Shown in pieces: positions 1-12,054 of a stretch of DNA of 64,000 bases; positions within the stretch are counted from its first letter, which is position 1, and every line of letters starts with the position of its first letter. The position numbers and the translations under genes were made by a program. Source of the stretch: Amoebophrya sp. A120 (Eukaryota; Protista; Dinoflagellata); the NCBI GenBank assembly GCA_905178155.1, contig CAJINV010000004.1, positions 7,818,771 to 7,882,770 on the forward strand, given 5' to 3'. The notes beneath the pieces were generated by a model. That model saw nothing but the letters and a program-made list of their open reading frames with translations. It did no database searches and was not told where the DNA came from.

Positions 1-901
1 CCACAGTTGTCCGACGTGCTTCTTCGCGCTCGCCTGCCAATTGCCTTGCGTGCAAGTTAGCCGGGGCACGCGAAGCGCCGCGGATTTGAAAGGGGCGGGC
101 GCGCGCGCCCCCCTTCCGCGGCTTCTGCGGCCCCCGCCTGAAAAGCGTGCCGGGCGGCCTAGCGCCCTCCCTGCGCCCCGCTGGCCCCGTGCGTAAACGC
201 CCATGGGCCCGGGCGTTCGCCCGCTTGCCCGTTCTTTTCTGCCCCCCGCGCGCCCGTTCGCCCCCGTATCCCCCCATCGCGGCCGCGCTGCCGGCCACTT
301 TGGCGCAGCTTGCCAGCCAAAGACATGGCGCGGCACTGCGCGGACGCAGAAAGCAGGGCGCGCAGCCCCAATCTTCCGCCGCATTAAACCTGGCCGGGCC
401 GACCCGCCCGGGCATGAGTGCGGCCTTAACCGTCGCCCGAGACACAGCTCGTCTGCGGGTCGTCGGTTGCCTTCGCGGGAAACTGAGCAGGCTTTTCTCG
501 TGGGCGTGCCCTTTGACAAATCTCATTCGCGGAATACCGGCAGTTGCCGGCGCAGGCCTTGCGGAGTTCCTGCTCTGTTTGGCACTTGGGCCTATCGAAG
601 ATGTTCATCTTGAAATGCTGCAGAGCCGTGATCCACATCCGCTTCGTCGGCTCGTTTAGCGCAATATATTTATCATTTGCATTTCTATCTACAACTACAT
701 GGACTGCATTGGCATCGAGCTGTGCTTCAATTCATCAATAGCAATCAGGAAATTTCTCCTTGCACCGCTGTGCGTGCGCGTTGATAGCTGCAGTGAGTCT
801 GGCTATCACCGTAAACAAAGCTTTCGCTGCTCCTGAAGATAAAAACACTCACTATCGCTGCCGCACCACCCCACACGACACCCCGCGATCCAAAATCAAC
901 C

Positions 902-3382
902 ATGCCCCTCGCAGCCTCCTTATCATCACTCGACGGAGCAGCCTCCACGCTCTCCTCCTGGCCCCCGGATTTCTCTATTGCCACGGGAAAATTACCAAAG
1001 CCCGACGAGCTCGACCGTGCGTTCTTTCTGAAGTACTTCGGAAAAACTTTTCCGAAGCTCACCGGCGCCAGCAAAACCAAGGACCTTCCCCGCCCGGGCT
1101 TCCTCGCCGAGGTCGGCTGCTTCGGGAAGAAGGGCAACGACGGCGTCAACACGCGACGGAGTCCGGAACTCTACCTCATTCCCCGCCTCGACCCGGGCAA
1201 GTGTCCCCCGAGTAAGCGGTATGGAAGCGTCATGGAAATCAGGGATGAAGTGACTTCGAAGGGCGCGATCACGACGAGTCCAGCCGGCGGTAAGATGCTG
1301 GACGACGAGGAGTCCACGACGACTACGGAGGAGGAGGTGCGGGAGAAAACCGAAGCTGCGAAACACTTCCGGAAAACGGTGTTGAACCTCGCCGCCGGAC
1401 ACGAAAACGACACTAGGGTTTTCGGGTACTGTAACATGGAATCCTGGCAGAAAACGGACCGCGAGAAATTCATGTCCGCCCACCAGATGTGCTTCGGCCA
1501 GGATCGGCCGCGAACGGGGGAGGAGGGTGGAGTCGCGGAGGGTGAAGCTGCAGTAGTTGCGGGGGGTGGTGAGAAGAAAAAGCTGCCTACCGAGGAAGAA
1601 ACTGCAGAACAACTACCCGGAAGTAGAACCTCCGACCAACAGGAGGTGCTCGACGACCTAAAAGCGTCGTTGAAAGAGCGGGACTGCTTCGCCGCAGTCG
1701 CCGAGTGCGACGCCAAGCGGAACTTCAAGTCCTTTTACTTGCGAGAAGAGCCTGGACCAGCAGCAGCAGCAGCATCCGTGGCTGGGAAGGCCGGGCGGGG
1801 AACCGGAGGGCAAAAATCCTCTTCCGGAGATGTTGGTGCAGCTGCGACGACAACGGAGGGGAGGCAGGATGAACCGGCCAGTGGTGCTCAAGAGCCCGCA
1901 TCCTCAACGGACAAGAACGCAAGCGCAGAGGACAAAACTTCTTCCTCCAGCACTGCTAGTGCAACTATCGAGGACCACCACAAGCAGGACGAGAAAGATG
2001 ACAAGGAAGTCGAAAATAACAACAAACCTTTTTTCCGCACCGCCCGGCGTTACGTGGAGCCGTATCCGAGCTTTTTACCGGCGAAAGACGGATTTCAGTA
2101 CAAGCCGAAGTTCGACCTTCGCTCCTTTTTTCCTCCGTCTCAGGGTTACGAGTTTGTAGTGGACCGCACGACGGGGAAGAAGTATAAGCTCGGCAATATT
2201 GACGCAGCGAGCGGGCAAGCCGCGATCCACGAGCAGGTGAAAGCGAGCAAGCAGAGTGCGGATGAGAGTGGGGAGAAGTATCAAATGCAAAAATGTCTGG
2301 GTCTGGAAGAACCCAACTTGTGATGCTGCATTTGGATTCCAAAAAAAATTGTATTGCATGAGTACTAGCAAAGGGAATGTAATTTTTGCTACGCGGATAG
2401 GGCATCTGTCATGCGAAACAGGCATCAAGAACCCCTCGAAAACCCTGTGATGCTACGGCATGCATCACAGAGGACATCATGGCCCATGCAAAACGTGCAT
2501 GACAAGTCTCAGAATCTCCCAGACCCAGACATTTTTGCATTTGATAAGAAGGGCCAGAACACCACCGTGGATGAGCAACTCCCGGAAACCCCGGGTTCCA
2601 AAGCGGCTGGAGCCGCGGTGGCGAAAACGACCCCGGCGGACACGTCGATTGCGCTCCCGGGGGTGGATAAGGAACACACCGAAAACGCGGAGAAGGATTT
2701 GTCGGAGGAAATGTTTGCGTTTTCGAAACCGACGAAAATCGAGAAAGCAGCGGAGGCGGAGGAGGAAAAGCAGATGGAATTAGCGGAGAAAGAGCAGGAA
2801 ACGGTGAAGAAGCCGACCTACGTCTTCACGATCGACCAAACGGTGAATTCCAACCCGGAACAGACCACGCACGTGTTTTTCGGCGTCCGGAGAGATAAGC
2901 CCGAAACCGAGTTGCCGGAAGCTTGGAGGGCCTGTGCGGACTGCGCGGATGACGGAGTGAGTGGGGACGCAAATGAAATCACCAGCTGCGCGCCCTGTCA
3001 GTCCGTGTCTGACAAAGTAAAACAGGTGTGGCCGCCAGCGGAAAGTAATTCCGGGGCGGTAACGGCGACCACCACTCCTGCGGCCCAGGAGCCTTTGGAT
3101 AAAGGCGGACACCCGGTCACGAAGAAAAAGAAGATTCACTGGAAGGAAATCGCGTTCGAGCAAACATTCAACACTACAAAGGAGGACCAGGAGGAGGGCA
3201 CGGGCGGCGCCGGGACCCTGAAGGTGCTGTGCCACGGGAGCAATCTGGGCAGCAGTTGCGACGACGACATGTTGAACGAAGCGACGGGCGGGTTGGGCGA
3301 TGCAGCCGCGGAAGCGACGGAAACCGGGACAGCGGAAGAGGAAGCTTTTGCGGAGCAGGGTCCGCCGACAGGGGCGGAATAA
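902..3382 (+). CDS. Hypothetical low-complexity protein, 2 exons (start uncertain)
   Basis: ORFs 902..2323 and 2411..3382 share a frame. Removing 2279..2551 (element + one AGAAG) joins ...SGEK|GQNTT. No recognisable domain. Confidence 0.65.
2279..2546. mobile_element. Introner family A
   Basis: TIR tatcaaatgcaaaaatgtctgggtctggaag ... ccagacccagacatttttgcatttgata; direct repeat AGAAG/AGAAG. Confidence 0.92.
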
Positions 3383-3915
3383 AGACAGTGCAACCAAGAA
3401 CAAGTGCGGCCACATGATATGTTTCGATGAGGTTCCAACTGTATGATGATGAAGCACGACACGACCTACAGTTACAAGTTTGTGCTGACGTTTCCGATTG
3501 ATGAAATTGGTTTCGATTTTCAAATCTGCAAATGCCGAGGCAAAATCACATGGAAAATAGGAGGGCCTTTCTTTGCGGCCGTGCTGTTCAAGAACTTGAA
3601 TTCAGGTCTGTTTTGTGCGGGTCGTACAGGTACTTACTCAGGAGCGCAGCTTGCTGTCGGTTCTGGCTCGCAATCTTCGCTTGGACACACGAACATCGAG
3701 AGCGCCGTTATAAGCACTCACCTAACGCAAACGCAATCGTAGCTGTCGGCCCATTTTCAATATATTTCGTTTGATTTGAATAAAAGAATGTGGTTGTTTA
3801 ACGGTGTCACATCAGGCAGGCACAGGCAGCAAGACTGCATGACGTAGGAAAGAAAATGAGTACTAGATTGACATAGCCCCACTTCAACTACAAAGGTTCC
3901 ACACTGAAAAGACTT

Positions 3916-6900
3916 ATGGAACATGCTTCTTCTGGATTACATGCCACTGCCAGGCCCAGGGCCAGCACCTCTCCAAAGCCCACAGCTCCGGAGCCGGAAG
4001 CAGAGCCTGTTGGTACACTACGCGAAGATCATGAACATTCAGGACCCGCTTCCGGCCTCACGCCCGTCCGCCGCAGTCTTACGCCCGTCAGAGCGGCATG
4101 CGATGAGGATGCCATCGTACCCTACGACGGCCCCAGCGAGAGTGCTGCCTCGAGCTGCGCCAAGAGCCAGCAGGAGGAAGTTCATCACAGGCGGCCGCGC
4201 AGGAAGAAGCCGCTGGACCAGGAATCTTGGTGGGAGCAAATGTCGGGCGCCATGGCGGAAATCTTCGGCAGGAAACGGCCGAAGCCGCCCTGCGACGCGT
4301 TTGTCGCGGAAATCCACGATTTCGACGCGAAGTTGCGAAACGGAGACAGCGACACCGAGCCGGGAGATGACGACCCGCTCCCGGATGCTGAGCAGGCGTG
4401 GGAACGCCGACGGGCCAGTGCCAGTTCGCGATCCAGTTTGTCCGCGCAGGTGGAGGACCACCGCATTTTGCAGGCAGTGAACGCAACCAATCAGCAGTCT
4501 CCATTGCCACTAGCGAATGGCCCCGCGGCCGACGAGAACATTGAAGATTTCTTGAGTGCGCGCAGCGAGGCCTCCCGGAGGTCAGTCTTTTCGCCCGAGG
4601 AGGTTCGGAACAACAACAGCAATCAAGGGCCGCCGCGTAGAACAAGTCTACTCAACAGAGACGAGAACTCCACCGGTCGTGAAGGCAGCTCGGCGCTAGT
4701 TGCGGTGAGCGCGGAAAGTAGAGAACCACGAAAAAGCACGAACCGCTTGAAGACACCGGTGAAAGATCTCCGTGTAGAGCAGTCGGCGATCGTGTTGTTT
4801 GACGATTTTGAGGGCCAGCAGCAACAGCACGCGGTAGTCAGTGCGGCAGATCAAGATCCGAGCGAAGTAGTATTAAGCATGGGCGGTTATAATAATGGCG
4901 ACCAGGCGAAAGAACGTCGCTGGCTGCGGTTGCTGGCAACAGAGGACCTCGCGATGCAGAACTGCAAGACGACGCTACCGTACGACCCGGAAAGCGAATC
5001 CTACGCGCCGTTCGAGGTTTTGTTTCACCACCCCGAGATTCTCGAGCCGCAGAAGCAAGTGATGACTGCGATCCTGGAAGCGTGCCTGCAAGGCAAATCG
5101 TGCGTCCTGGAGTCCCCCACGGGCACCGGAAAGACGGCGGCGTTGCTCTGCGCGGCCCTGGAGGCGCAGCGGCAGATTGCGCGCAACAACAAGAGCCGCC
5201 GGGCGCCCCAGATCATCTACTGCACGCGGACGCTCGGGCAGGTGAACCAGATTCCGCGGGAGCTGGCGAAGAGCTGCTACCGACCCACGCAAGTGTGCCT
5301 TGGCCGACGCGATTTCAGTTGTGTCAACCAGCAGGTCCTCGACGCAAAGGGCCAAGGTAACCTGCAGACGAAATGCGTGGTCGCGCGACGAAATGCGCGA
5401 AAGGAAAAGGATCCCGCACTCAACAGAGATGAACGGCTAAACGACGACCAAGGGGCGTCGCAGGTCGCTGCGGTACCGACGTCGACTCCGACGGCGACGC
5501 AGCAGACCGAGCGCGACGCCAGCAAGAAGCTGATCTGCCACTGCGAAGAGCGGGTGAACAGTGCGAGGTTTTGGAAGGAACACTACAAAGACGTGCGGCC
5601 GCCGCCAGGCGACACGTCGGACTTCTACATCAGGGACATCGAGGACGGCAAAAAGTTGGCTCTCGCGAATTATTCGCGCGCGTCTCCGACGAGTAGGAGC
5701 AAACCGGTGGCACCGTCGTTCACCCCGAACGAAAGCCCCGATTTGGACCTAGAGGAGGACGCGGAGGAGGAGGAAGATAAAAATGTTGGTCACCGCAGTA
5801 GTCGCTTCGCCACTGGTTCTCGTGGAAAAAATGGTAACCAAGCGATTGTAGCTGCTGGTCCTGCAGCATCAACGAGTCAATTTCAATTTAATCCCGGCAT
5901 TCTCGCTCAACAGCGCCAAGTTTTTGACCGGCGGAACCACCCATTTGGTTTTTTCCCCGCACGACCAGAAGTTGGCCCGCGCCCACCAGCCCCAGAAGAC
6001 TACGCGGTCTGCAGCTACTACCTGAACAGGTATTTGCAAGGCACCGCGCAGATTGTCATCTGCCCGTACCAGTACCTGACGGACCCAAACGTGCGAGCGC
6101 CGACAAAGCTGGTTCTGAAAGATTCGATCATCGTCGTCGATGAGGCGCACAACATCGAGGGAACGTGCAGAGACGCGGGAAGCGTGAACTTTTCAGAGCA
6201 GTGGCTCGACTTCCGCAACGACGAAGTGGCCACGCGCAGCCCCCTTTTCACCCTGCACTACCACATGCTGGAATTCCGCTGGTTTTCGCGGGAAAAACCA
6301 AAACCGAAGGAGCGACAAGACCACGGCCCAGCGAATAATAATCGTGGTGCCGCACAAGTGCAGCAGCCCAACGAGCAGCAGGAGCCCACGTCAGATGATA
6401 GCAGCGACGGCGCGCCGAGTGAGGGCGAAGACGGGGAGGAGGAAGATTTGCTACAAGTTGATAACAGTGGGCGAGATAATTTTTTGGTATGCAATGACGA
6501 CACGGAAGCGCAGCGTCAACAAAGACTCGCGAATTTGAAGTGGTATCAGTGTCCCGTGACGGGAAAGCGGCGTGTGCAAGCGATTCCGAAGTGCAGGCAC
6601 ATGAGCCGGTACCCCAACGTTTGCCTGTGCAACTTGACGGTGGAAGAAGTCGAAAAAGAAGAGAAGTTCCGCGACTACCTGGCCTACGTCCTGAAGTTTT
6701 TCGACCACGTGCATACCAAGCTCATGAAGTGGAAGGCCGAAAGCAGGGGGGAATTGCTGCAGCACGAAAACGCGTCCAACGTTTCTACGGACCACATCGG
6801 GGATACTAAGTCGCTGGGGGACTACATGACGCCCCAGGATCCGATCTCTTTCATCCGAAAGCTGGGTTTGAAGGACATCTTGCCGACGCCACGTCCTGAG

Positions 6901-9546
6901 ACGACGTTTGGAGGTGCATTTGGAACTACGTCACGGAGGGAGAACCTCTTGGGCAATCCTCACTCGATGTTCCACGACCCTTTTGCTGCGCAGCGCGATT
7001 CTGGTGACCAACAAAGAATTCCAATGCAAACACAGGTGGGTGCGGGTGCTGTTCCGATCATGGGTACTGCTGCGGAAACCAATGTGTCTTTCAATTCAAG
7101 TGTTTCCTCGACACCGGCGTCGAGCTTTGCTGGGTCATTTGCCTATGGGTTCGGGAACAAAATGACTGACCGCTTTGGCAAAGCAAGCGATCGTCCGCCC
7201 CATGGTGTTGGTGCGTCTCAGTTCGAGCCGGTTTCGCAGTTCCATTTTCAAGGCAGACCTTCGTCTGCTGCGGCCACGGCGAGGACGCCCGCGTCTCAGT
7301 TTGGTACATCAGCGGCCTCGCAGGTAAGCTTCCCCGGCGGTGCAGCGTCACAGCGGTTTGTACCCACAACCTCGCAGGTTAATGTCCAAACGTCACAGTT
7401 TTATCGACCTCCGCCTTCGCACTCAGTTCCTGGTCCAGCTGGTCCTGGACAAGGACTGCTGCCTTGTCAACCACCGCCACCCAGCGCAGCTGCAGGCCCG
7501 TCAGTTCCGCAACAGCATGCAGTGTTCAACACAGAAGGTGCTGCTGCATCGCAGATGAAGAGTGCAAGAACAGCTGGCATTCTCGACTTTCTTCGCGAAA
7601 AATCAAGCGCGATGAAAAAGGGACAAAGACAACTCGCAGGAGCAAGGAAGCCGACCGATTCATCTTCTTACCAAGACAACTACCTGGAGCACGACAGCAT
7701 CCACGACTCCTCGTCGGACGATGACGATGATAGGAGTTGCGCTGCGCCCGATGCGAAGAAATTGAAGGTGGATTATAACACCAAGAACCCACATCACCAG
7801 AAGAAGAAGAAGATCCTCGTCGACTCTGCGGAGGCGGAGCTGCAGGCGGAGCTTGCGGAGCATCTGTTCCCGGTCTTGAAGTTGCGGCAGTACCTGGAGT
7901 GGATCAATATCGAGATGCTGCAGTCTGAGTTCAACTACTACGGCATGAAGAACATCATCGGGTACCGTAACAACCAGGAATTCCAGTGCGACGTCGACAA
8001 GAAGTGGTACCAGTTGAAGTTCGACCCGGACCTCGACCGCCGGAAGAAACTGCTGTGGCCGGACTTTTACCCGGTTTTCGAGACGTTTCGGGACCTGAGC
8101 CAGCGCGCGGAGCAGCTGGAGCGGTTTCTGACCTGGCGCGGCCACTACGCCGTCGAGTTCTGCGCGACGCGCAAGGGCGGTTTTTTTCCGGATACCGCCA
8201 AGCAGCACGTGACGGAGCGGTACGCGGGTGTACTGAAAATTCATCTGCTGCACGCGGAGGCGGTGTTTGACGAGATCGCGACCCAAGCGCACTCCATCAT
8301 CCTCGCGTCGGGCACCATGACGCCGTTGGAGGGCGTGACGAGCGAGCTAGGCAAGGCGTTCTGCGACCGGCAGCTGCGGTCCAATTACAACCGCGGCCTC
8401 TACAATCCCCTGGCCGCGAACCACGTGGTGACGCACGAACAGCTGCTCGTGCAGAAGTTGTCCAAGATGGTGCTCACGGGCCGGCCCTACAACGGCACGC
8501 GGAAGATTCTTTACAAGCCGAACAAGAGAGACCCCCGAGAAGACCACCTGCTGGAATTGGGGTGGAGCCTGGTCGTGCTGCTGCTGCAGCTTCCCGCGGG
8601 CGTGTTGGTCTTCTTCTCCACGTACTCGCTGTGCAAAGCCTGTTTCGACCTGTGGAGCGATGCGAGGCGGAGCTCACTGCGTGCAACGGTGGAGAGAATC
8701 TTGCAAGAAAACTACAGAACCCAGCCGGAAAAAGAGCGGGCAAGGATAGCAATGCAGCAGCAGTTCCGCAATGCAATCGGGCCGGAGAACATGAACCGCT
8801 TTGACACGTACGGGGGGAAATCGCTTCTGTCCGTACTGGAAGACATCAAGAAGCACGTTTCGTTCGAGACGAAAGAATCCAACGCCAAGACGCTGACGCA
8901 GGAGTACCAACGCGCGATCCAGGAAAGGGGGGCGGCGCTGCTGTTTGGCGTGATGCGGGCCAAGTGCTCCGAGGGAATCAGCTTCAACGACGACAACGCG
9001 CGGGCGGTGATTCTGATCGGCTTGCCCTACCCGAGTAAAGAGGCTTCGGAGGTAAAATACAAACAGAGATACAACGACCAGAAATCGACGAGACCAACAA
9101 GGCCCGTGACGGTGGCGAAAAATCTTAAACCTGCTCCTGTCGCATCCTCGTCGTCGTCAAAGAATCCACCTGGGAGGAAGAACACTGGTAGAAAAAGAAC
9201 GCTAGTAGTGCACCCCTCTGCAGCTGTAATAGTTGCTGATGAAGGAGCTCCTGCTGCAGCTGAAGAAAACAATACTGAGTCCGAGGATCATCTCCCGCCG
9301 TTGATGATTTCGGGCAACCAGTGGTACGAGCAAGAGTGCTTTCGCGCGGTCAACCAGGCCTTGGGGCGGTGTATCCGGCACAAAAACGACTACGGCTCCT
9401 TGATCCTCTTCGACACCCGCTGGGACGAGAAAAAAAGATCCCTAGCGCCTTGGCTGAAGACCATTGGCATCCGAGACGAAACCGAATCCTACGCCCAATT
9501 CCGAATGAAGTTGAAACTGTTCTACGAAGCATTGCGAAAAAAGTAA
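3916..9546 (+). CDS. BRIP1: FANCJ/BRIP1-like (XPD/Rad3 family) Fe-S DEAH DNA helicase, single exon
   Basis: Motifs LESPTGTGKT, IIYCTRT, CPYQYL, DEAHNIE, ILASGT, SEGISFNDDNARAV, RAVNQALGRCIRHKNDYG; Cys residues at Fe-S-like positions. RTEL1 is the alternative assignment. Confidence 0.85.
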   Translation: MEHASSGLHATARPRASTSPKPTAPEPEAEPVGTLREDHEHSGPASGLTPVRRSLTPVRAACDEDAIVPYDGPSESAASSCAKSQQEEVHHRRPRRKKPLDQESWWEQMSGAMAEIFGRKRPKPPCDAFVAEIHDFDAKLRNGDSDTEPGDDDPLPDAEQAWERRRASASSRSSLSAQVEDHRILQAVNATNQQSPLPLANGPAADENIEDFLSARSEASRRSVFSPEEVRNNNSNQGPPRRTSLLNRDENSTGREGSSALVAVSAESREPRKSTNRLKTPVKDLRVEQSAIVLFDDFEGQQQQHAVVSAADQDPSEVVLSMGGYNNGDQAKERRWLRLLATEDLAMQNCKTTLPYDPESESYAPFEVLFHHPEILEPQKQVMTAILEACLQGKSCVLESPTGTGKTAALLCAALEAQRQIARNNKSRRAPQIIYCTRTLGQVNQIPRELAKSCYRPTQVCLGRRDFSCVNQQVLDAKGQGNLQTKCVVARRNARKEKDPALNRDERLNDDQGASQVAAVPTSTPTATQQTERDASKKLICHCEERVNSARFWKEHYKDVRPPPGDTSDFYIRDIEDGKKLALANYSRASPTSRSKPVAPSFTPNESPDLDLEEDAEEEEDKNVGHRSSRFATGSRGKNGNQAIVAAGPAASTSQFQFNPGILAQQRQVFDRRNHPFGFFPARPEVGPRPPAPEDYAVCSYYLNRYLQGTAQIVICPYQYLTDPNVRAPTKLVLKDSIIVVDEAHNIEGTCRDAGSVNFSEQWLDFRNDEVATRSPLFTLHYHMLEFRWFSREKPKPKERQDHGPANNNRGAAQVQQPNEQQEPTSDDSSDGAPSEGEDGEEEDLLQVDNSGRDNFLVCNDDTEAQRQQRLANLKWYQCPVTGKRRVQAIPKCRHMSRYPNVCLCNLTVEEVEKEEKFRDYLAYVLKFFDHVHTKLMKWKAESRGELLQHENASNVSTDHIGDTKSLGDYMTPQDPISFIRKLGLKDILPTPRPETTFGGAFGTTSRRENLLGNPHSMFHDPFAAQRDSGDQQRIPMQTQVGAGAVPIMGTAAETNVSFNSSVSSTPASSFAGSFAYGFGNKMTDRFGKASDRPPHGVGASQFEPVSQFHFQGRPSSAAATARTPASQFGTSAASQVSFPGGAASQRFVPTTSQVNVQTSQFYRPPPSHSVPGPAGPGQGLLPCQPPPPSAAAGPSVPQQHAVFNTEGAAASQMKSARTAGILDFLREKSSAMKKGQRQLAGARKPTDSSSYQDNYLEHDSIHDSSSDDDDDRSCAAPDAKKLKVDYNTKNPHHQKKKKILVDSAEAELQAELAEHLFPVLKLRQYLEWINIEMLQSEFNYYGMKNIIGYRNNQEFQCDVDKKWYQLKFDPDLDRRKKLLWPDFYPVFETFRDLSQRAEQLERFLTWRGHYAVEFCATRKGGFFPDTAKQHVTERYAGVLKIHLLHAEAVFDEIATQAHSIILASGTMTPLEGVTSELGKAFCDRQLRSNYNRGLYNPLAANHVVTHEQLLVQKLSKMVLTGRPYNGTRKILYKPNKRDPREDHLLELGWSLVVLLLQLPAGVLVFFSTYSLCKACFDLWSDARRSSLRATVERILQENYRTQPEKERARIAMQQQFRNAIGPENMNRFDTYGGKSLLSVLEDIKKHVSFETKESNAKTLTQEYQRAIQERGAALLFGVMRAKCSEGISFNDDNARAVILIGLPYPSKEASEVKYKQRYNDQKSTRPTRPVTVAKNLKPAPVASSSSSKNPPGRKNTGRKRTLVVHPSAAVIVADEGAPAAAEENNTESEDHLPPLMISGNQWYEQECFRAVNQALGRCIRHKNDYGSLILFDTRWDEKKRSLAPWLKTIGIRDETESYAQFRMKLKLFYEALRKK

Positions 9547-10130
9547 ACGATGAAGGTTTTATTGTTGTGTCGCTCGACCACCTTGAAAATGGCTTTTTTA
9601 CGTAAATTTGAGAAGTCAGAAAAAGAAAAAGCAGTAAACGAAGATACAGATCCAGCCGAGGAAAAGACAGAGAACTTCTACGCCATTAACATCATTGAGC
9701 ATGCGTCTGTGTTCTGGAAAATATTCGAAAGCGCCTCGCGGGCCGGAACCAAGTTCATCTAGTGACCCAATTCCGCGGTGCAGTGTAGTGATTCATCCGT
9801 ACCTTTTTTTCCGCTACTGCTTGAAGATCTATCTGTTCAATGCTGGACGAAATTATGGTTCGAAACATGATTTTTAGCGAGACGCAGACCCCAGTGCCCA
9901 TCTGCAAAATTTTTTGTTAATCGCTCTGCTTCTTCATTCACACAAAGATCTTCAGGATGTGATGAAGATACGCGCCGCTTTATTGACGCTAATACCGCCG
10001 GGCGAACTCAGAAGTTTCGCCCAGTGTAAATAGAGTACGTCGATGTCAGCGAATTTTTGCACGAAGAAGGTGATTCAAAGTTGTTAGCCTTTACATTTCT
10101 TCTAGCTCCACGTTACCCGCTCGAGCAGAA

Positions 10131-12054
10131 ATGGTTGTCCCCGCCTCCAACCTTCCCACGCACGCGGGCCCCGTTCCGCCCCCCAAAAACACCATCGACG
10201 AAGATTTTCGCCATGCGGAGAGCGGCTGGCGGTTCCGCGCGGTCCAGTCCCCCATGCTGGAATCGCAGGTGGCGGAGACTATCGCGAACGACGCGGGAAT
10301 CTGGCCCCACCCCTGCATGATATTCGACACGTTTTTGCAGGTATAGGAAATTCTAATTCATCCTGATGTTGGTGGTGTTTATCTGCAGAACATGAAAATC
10401 CAATTTTGAAAATTTCTGCACGCGTAGTTCTTCGCTGGGGAAATCGGCTCATGATGACTTTTGTTTTCAATCATACTTATGACTCTACATATCAATCACC
10501 ACAACTTCCAGGTTTACGATGCTGCCGACAACCTAGTTCTGGACATCAACACGCGCGACGCCTTACGCGGAACCCGTATGGATTTGAGACAGAAACAGGA
10601 GAGCACTGGCAGCAAAACAGAAACAACAAAGACAGCTGGTGTTCCTGAGTTAAAAGTTGTCGCGGAGTCCAGCCATTTGCTTTCCACCAAGGTCGTTTGC
10701 CAGCACGCCGAGAAGTGGGGGTCCAGCCGGGATTTGACCATGGCGAAACAGATCGAGACAGACACCGACTGGACTTTCTCTTCCACCTATTGCCCTACAG
10801 TGATGAATTTAAATTCTACGAAAGACTCCGACAGCCCAACCACAACAAACACCTACGAAACCGACGAGTCCCTCCCCCAATTTTCCGCGAACCAGTCTCT
10901 CCTGCCCATGGCGTTACTGACCCAGCAGCAAAATAACCCGATCGAGTTTTTCACCGCGATTACCTTTTACGAAGACGAATTGGACGACGAGGGGAGTGCG
11001 GCTTTCTCTTTGAAGATCCGGGTGCACAAGCACTTTTTTTTTCTATTACTGCAAAACGAGATCCGGGTGGACAACGTGCTGGCTCGGAAGGTGGAGACGA
11101 TATGGATTGCAAAAATGTCTGGGTCTGGAAAAGTGTAAACTTGTCATGCAGATTTTCCATGACCTCTGGAATGCAGATGCATGGGGTCTGGAATGCGGGA
11201 CTTAGCATGACAGAATCTGCGAGGTCTCTGCCATGCCTATCCTGCATGAGAAACTCCCTTCCAACTTGGTCAAAAGTGGGCAGCTTTTGGCTCTCATGCA
11301 ACACAGATTTTTGCATGCTTCAGATTTACCATGACAAGTTGCCGCCTTCCAGACCCAGACATTTTTGCATTTGATAGACGAGGTATTTCGGCAATTTGTG
11401 CTTCATGAACAAGGAAACGGGGAATAAATGGAACCGGGGGATCCGGCTCATGATGCCGGAAGGAGTTGTGCGGAAGTCTTCGACAGGTGGACAACTCGGT
11501 GAAAAGAACGAGTCGGAAGTTCTTGTTGAGCAAAGTCCAAATTATACCGTCGACACCAGCTGCTCGTCTCCGGCGAAGGAGGTTGAACAACAGCACTCTG
11601 TGATGCAACAAGACCGCATTCTGGAGCCAGGTTCTATCTTACGCGAGTGGAGCTACAGCGAGGTGTCGTTTCCGCAGCTCCGACAGCGGGGGGACCTGAA
11701 TTCCGCGGAGGAGATGGTTTTTTGCCTGCAGAAAGTGAACGAAAAGGATTTGATATGCATTGCAAATATGTCTGGGTCTGGAAGAAAGCAAACTTGTGAC
11801 CACGCGCATTTCACAACACATAAAAATCCGTCATGCAGAGGCAGCAAAAGCTGCCGACTTTCTCTCACCAAAATGGGGCATTTGTCATGCGGATTCGGCA
11901 TTGCGGAAGCTTCTCGAAACCTGTAATGCTAGGGCTTCCATGCCAGACCTTCTGTGTCATGCACAAGCAGCATGACTCTTCCAGGCCCAGACATATTTGC
12001 ATTTGATATTTGATTACAAGGGACGTGACGATATTCGACTGCAAGGCGGCATGA
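10131..12054 (+). CDS. TIPRL: TIP41/TIPRL-like PP2A regulator, 4 exons
   Basis: DWTFSSTY and FYEDELDDEG...KIRVHKHFFFLLL..IRVDNVLARKVET|RYF. One GT-AG intron 10341..10511 and two introners; stop at 12052-12054. Confidence 0.85.
11101..11376. mobile_element. Introner family A
   Basis: Family A TIRs; direct repeat GACGA/GACGA. Confidence 0.92.
11754..12008. mobile_element. Introner family A
   Basis: Family A TIRs; direct repeat TTTGA/TTTGA. Confidence 0.92.

Noticed and set aside
147-659. Overlapping ORFs in the GC-rich start of the window (likewise 26550-27280 and 61300-62600)
   Set aside because: Ala/Arg/Pro/Gly-rich translations in several frames are expected from stop-poor GC-rich DNA; no domain evidence.
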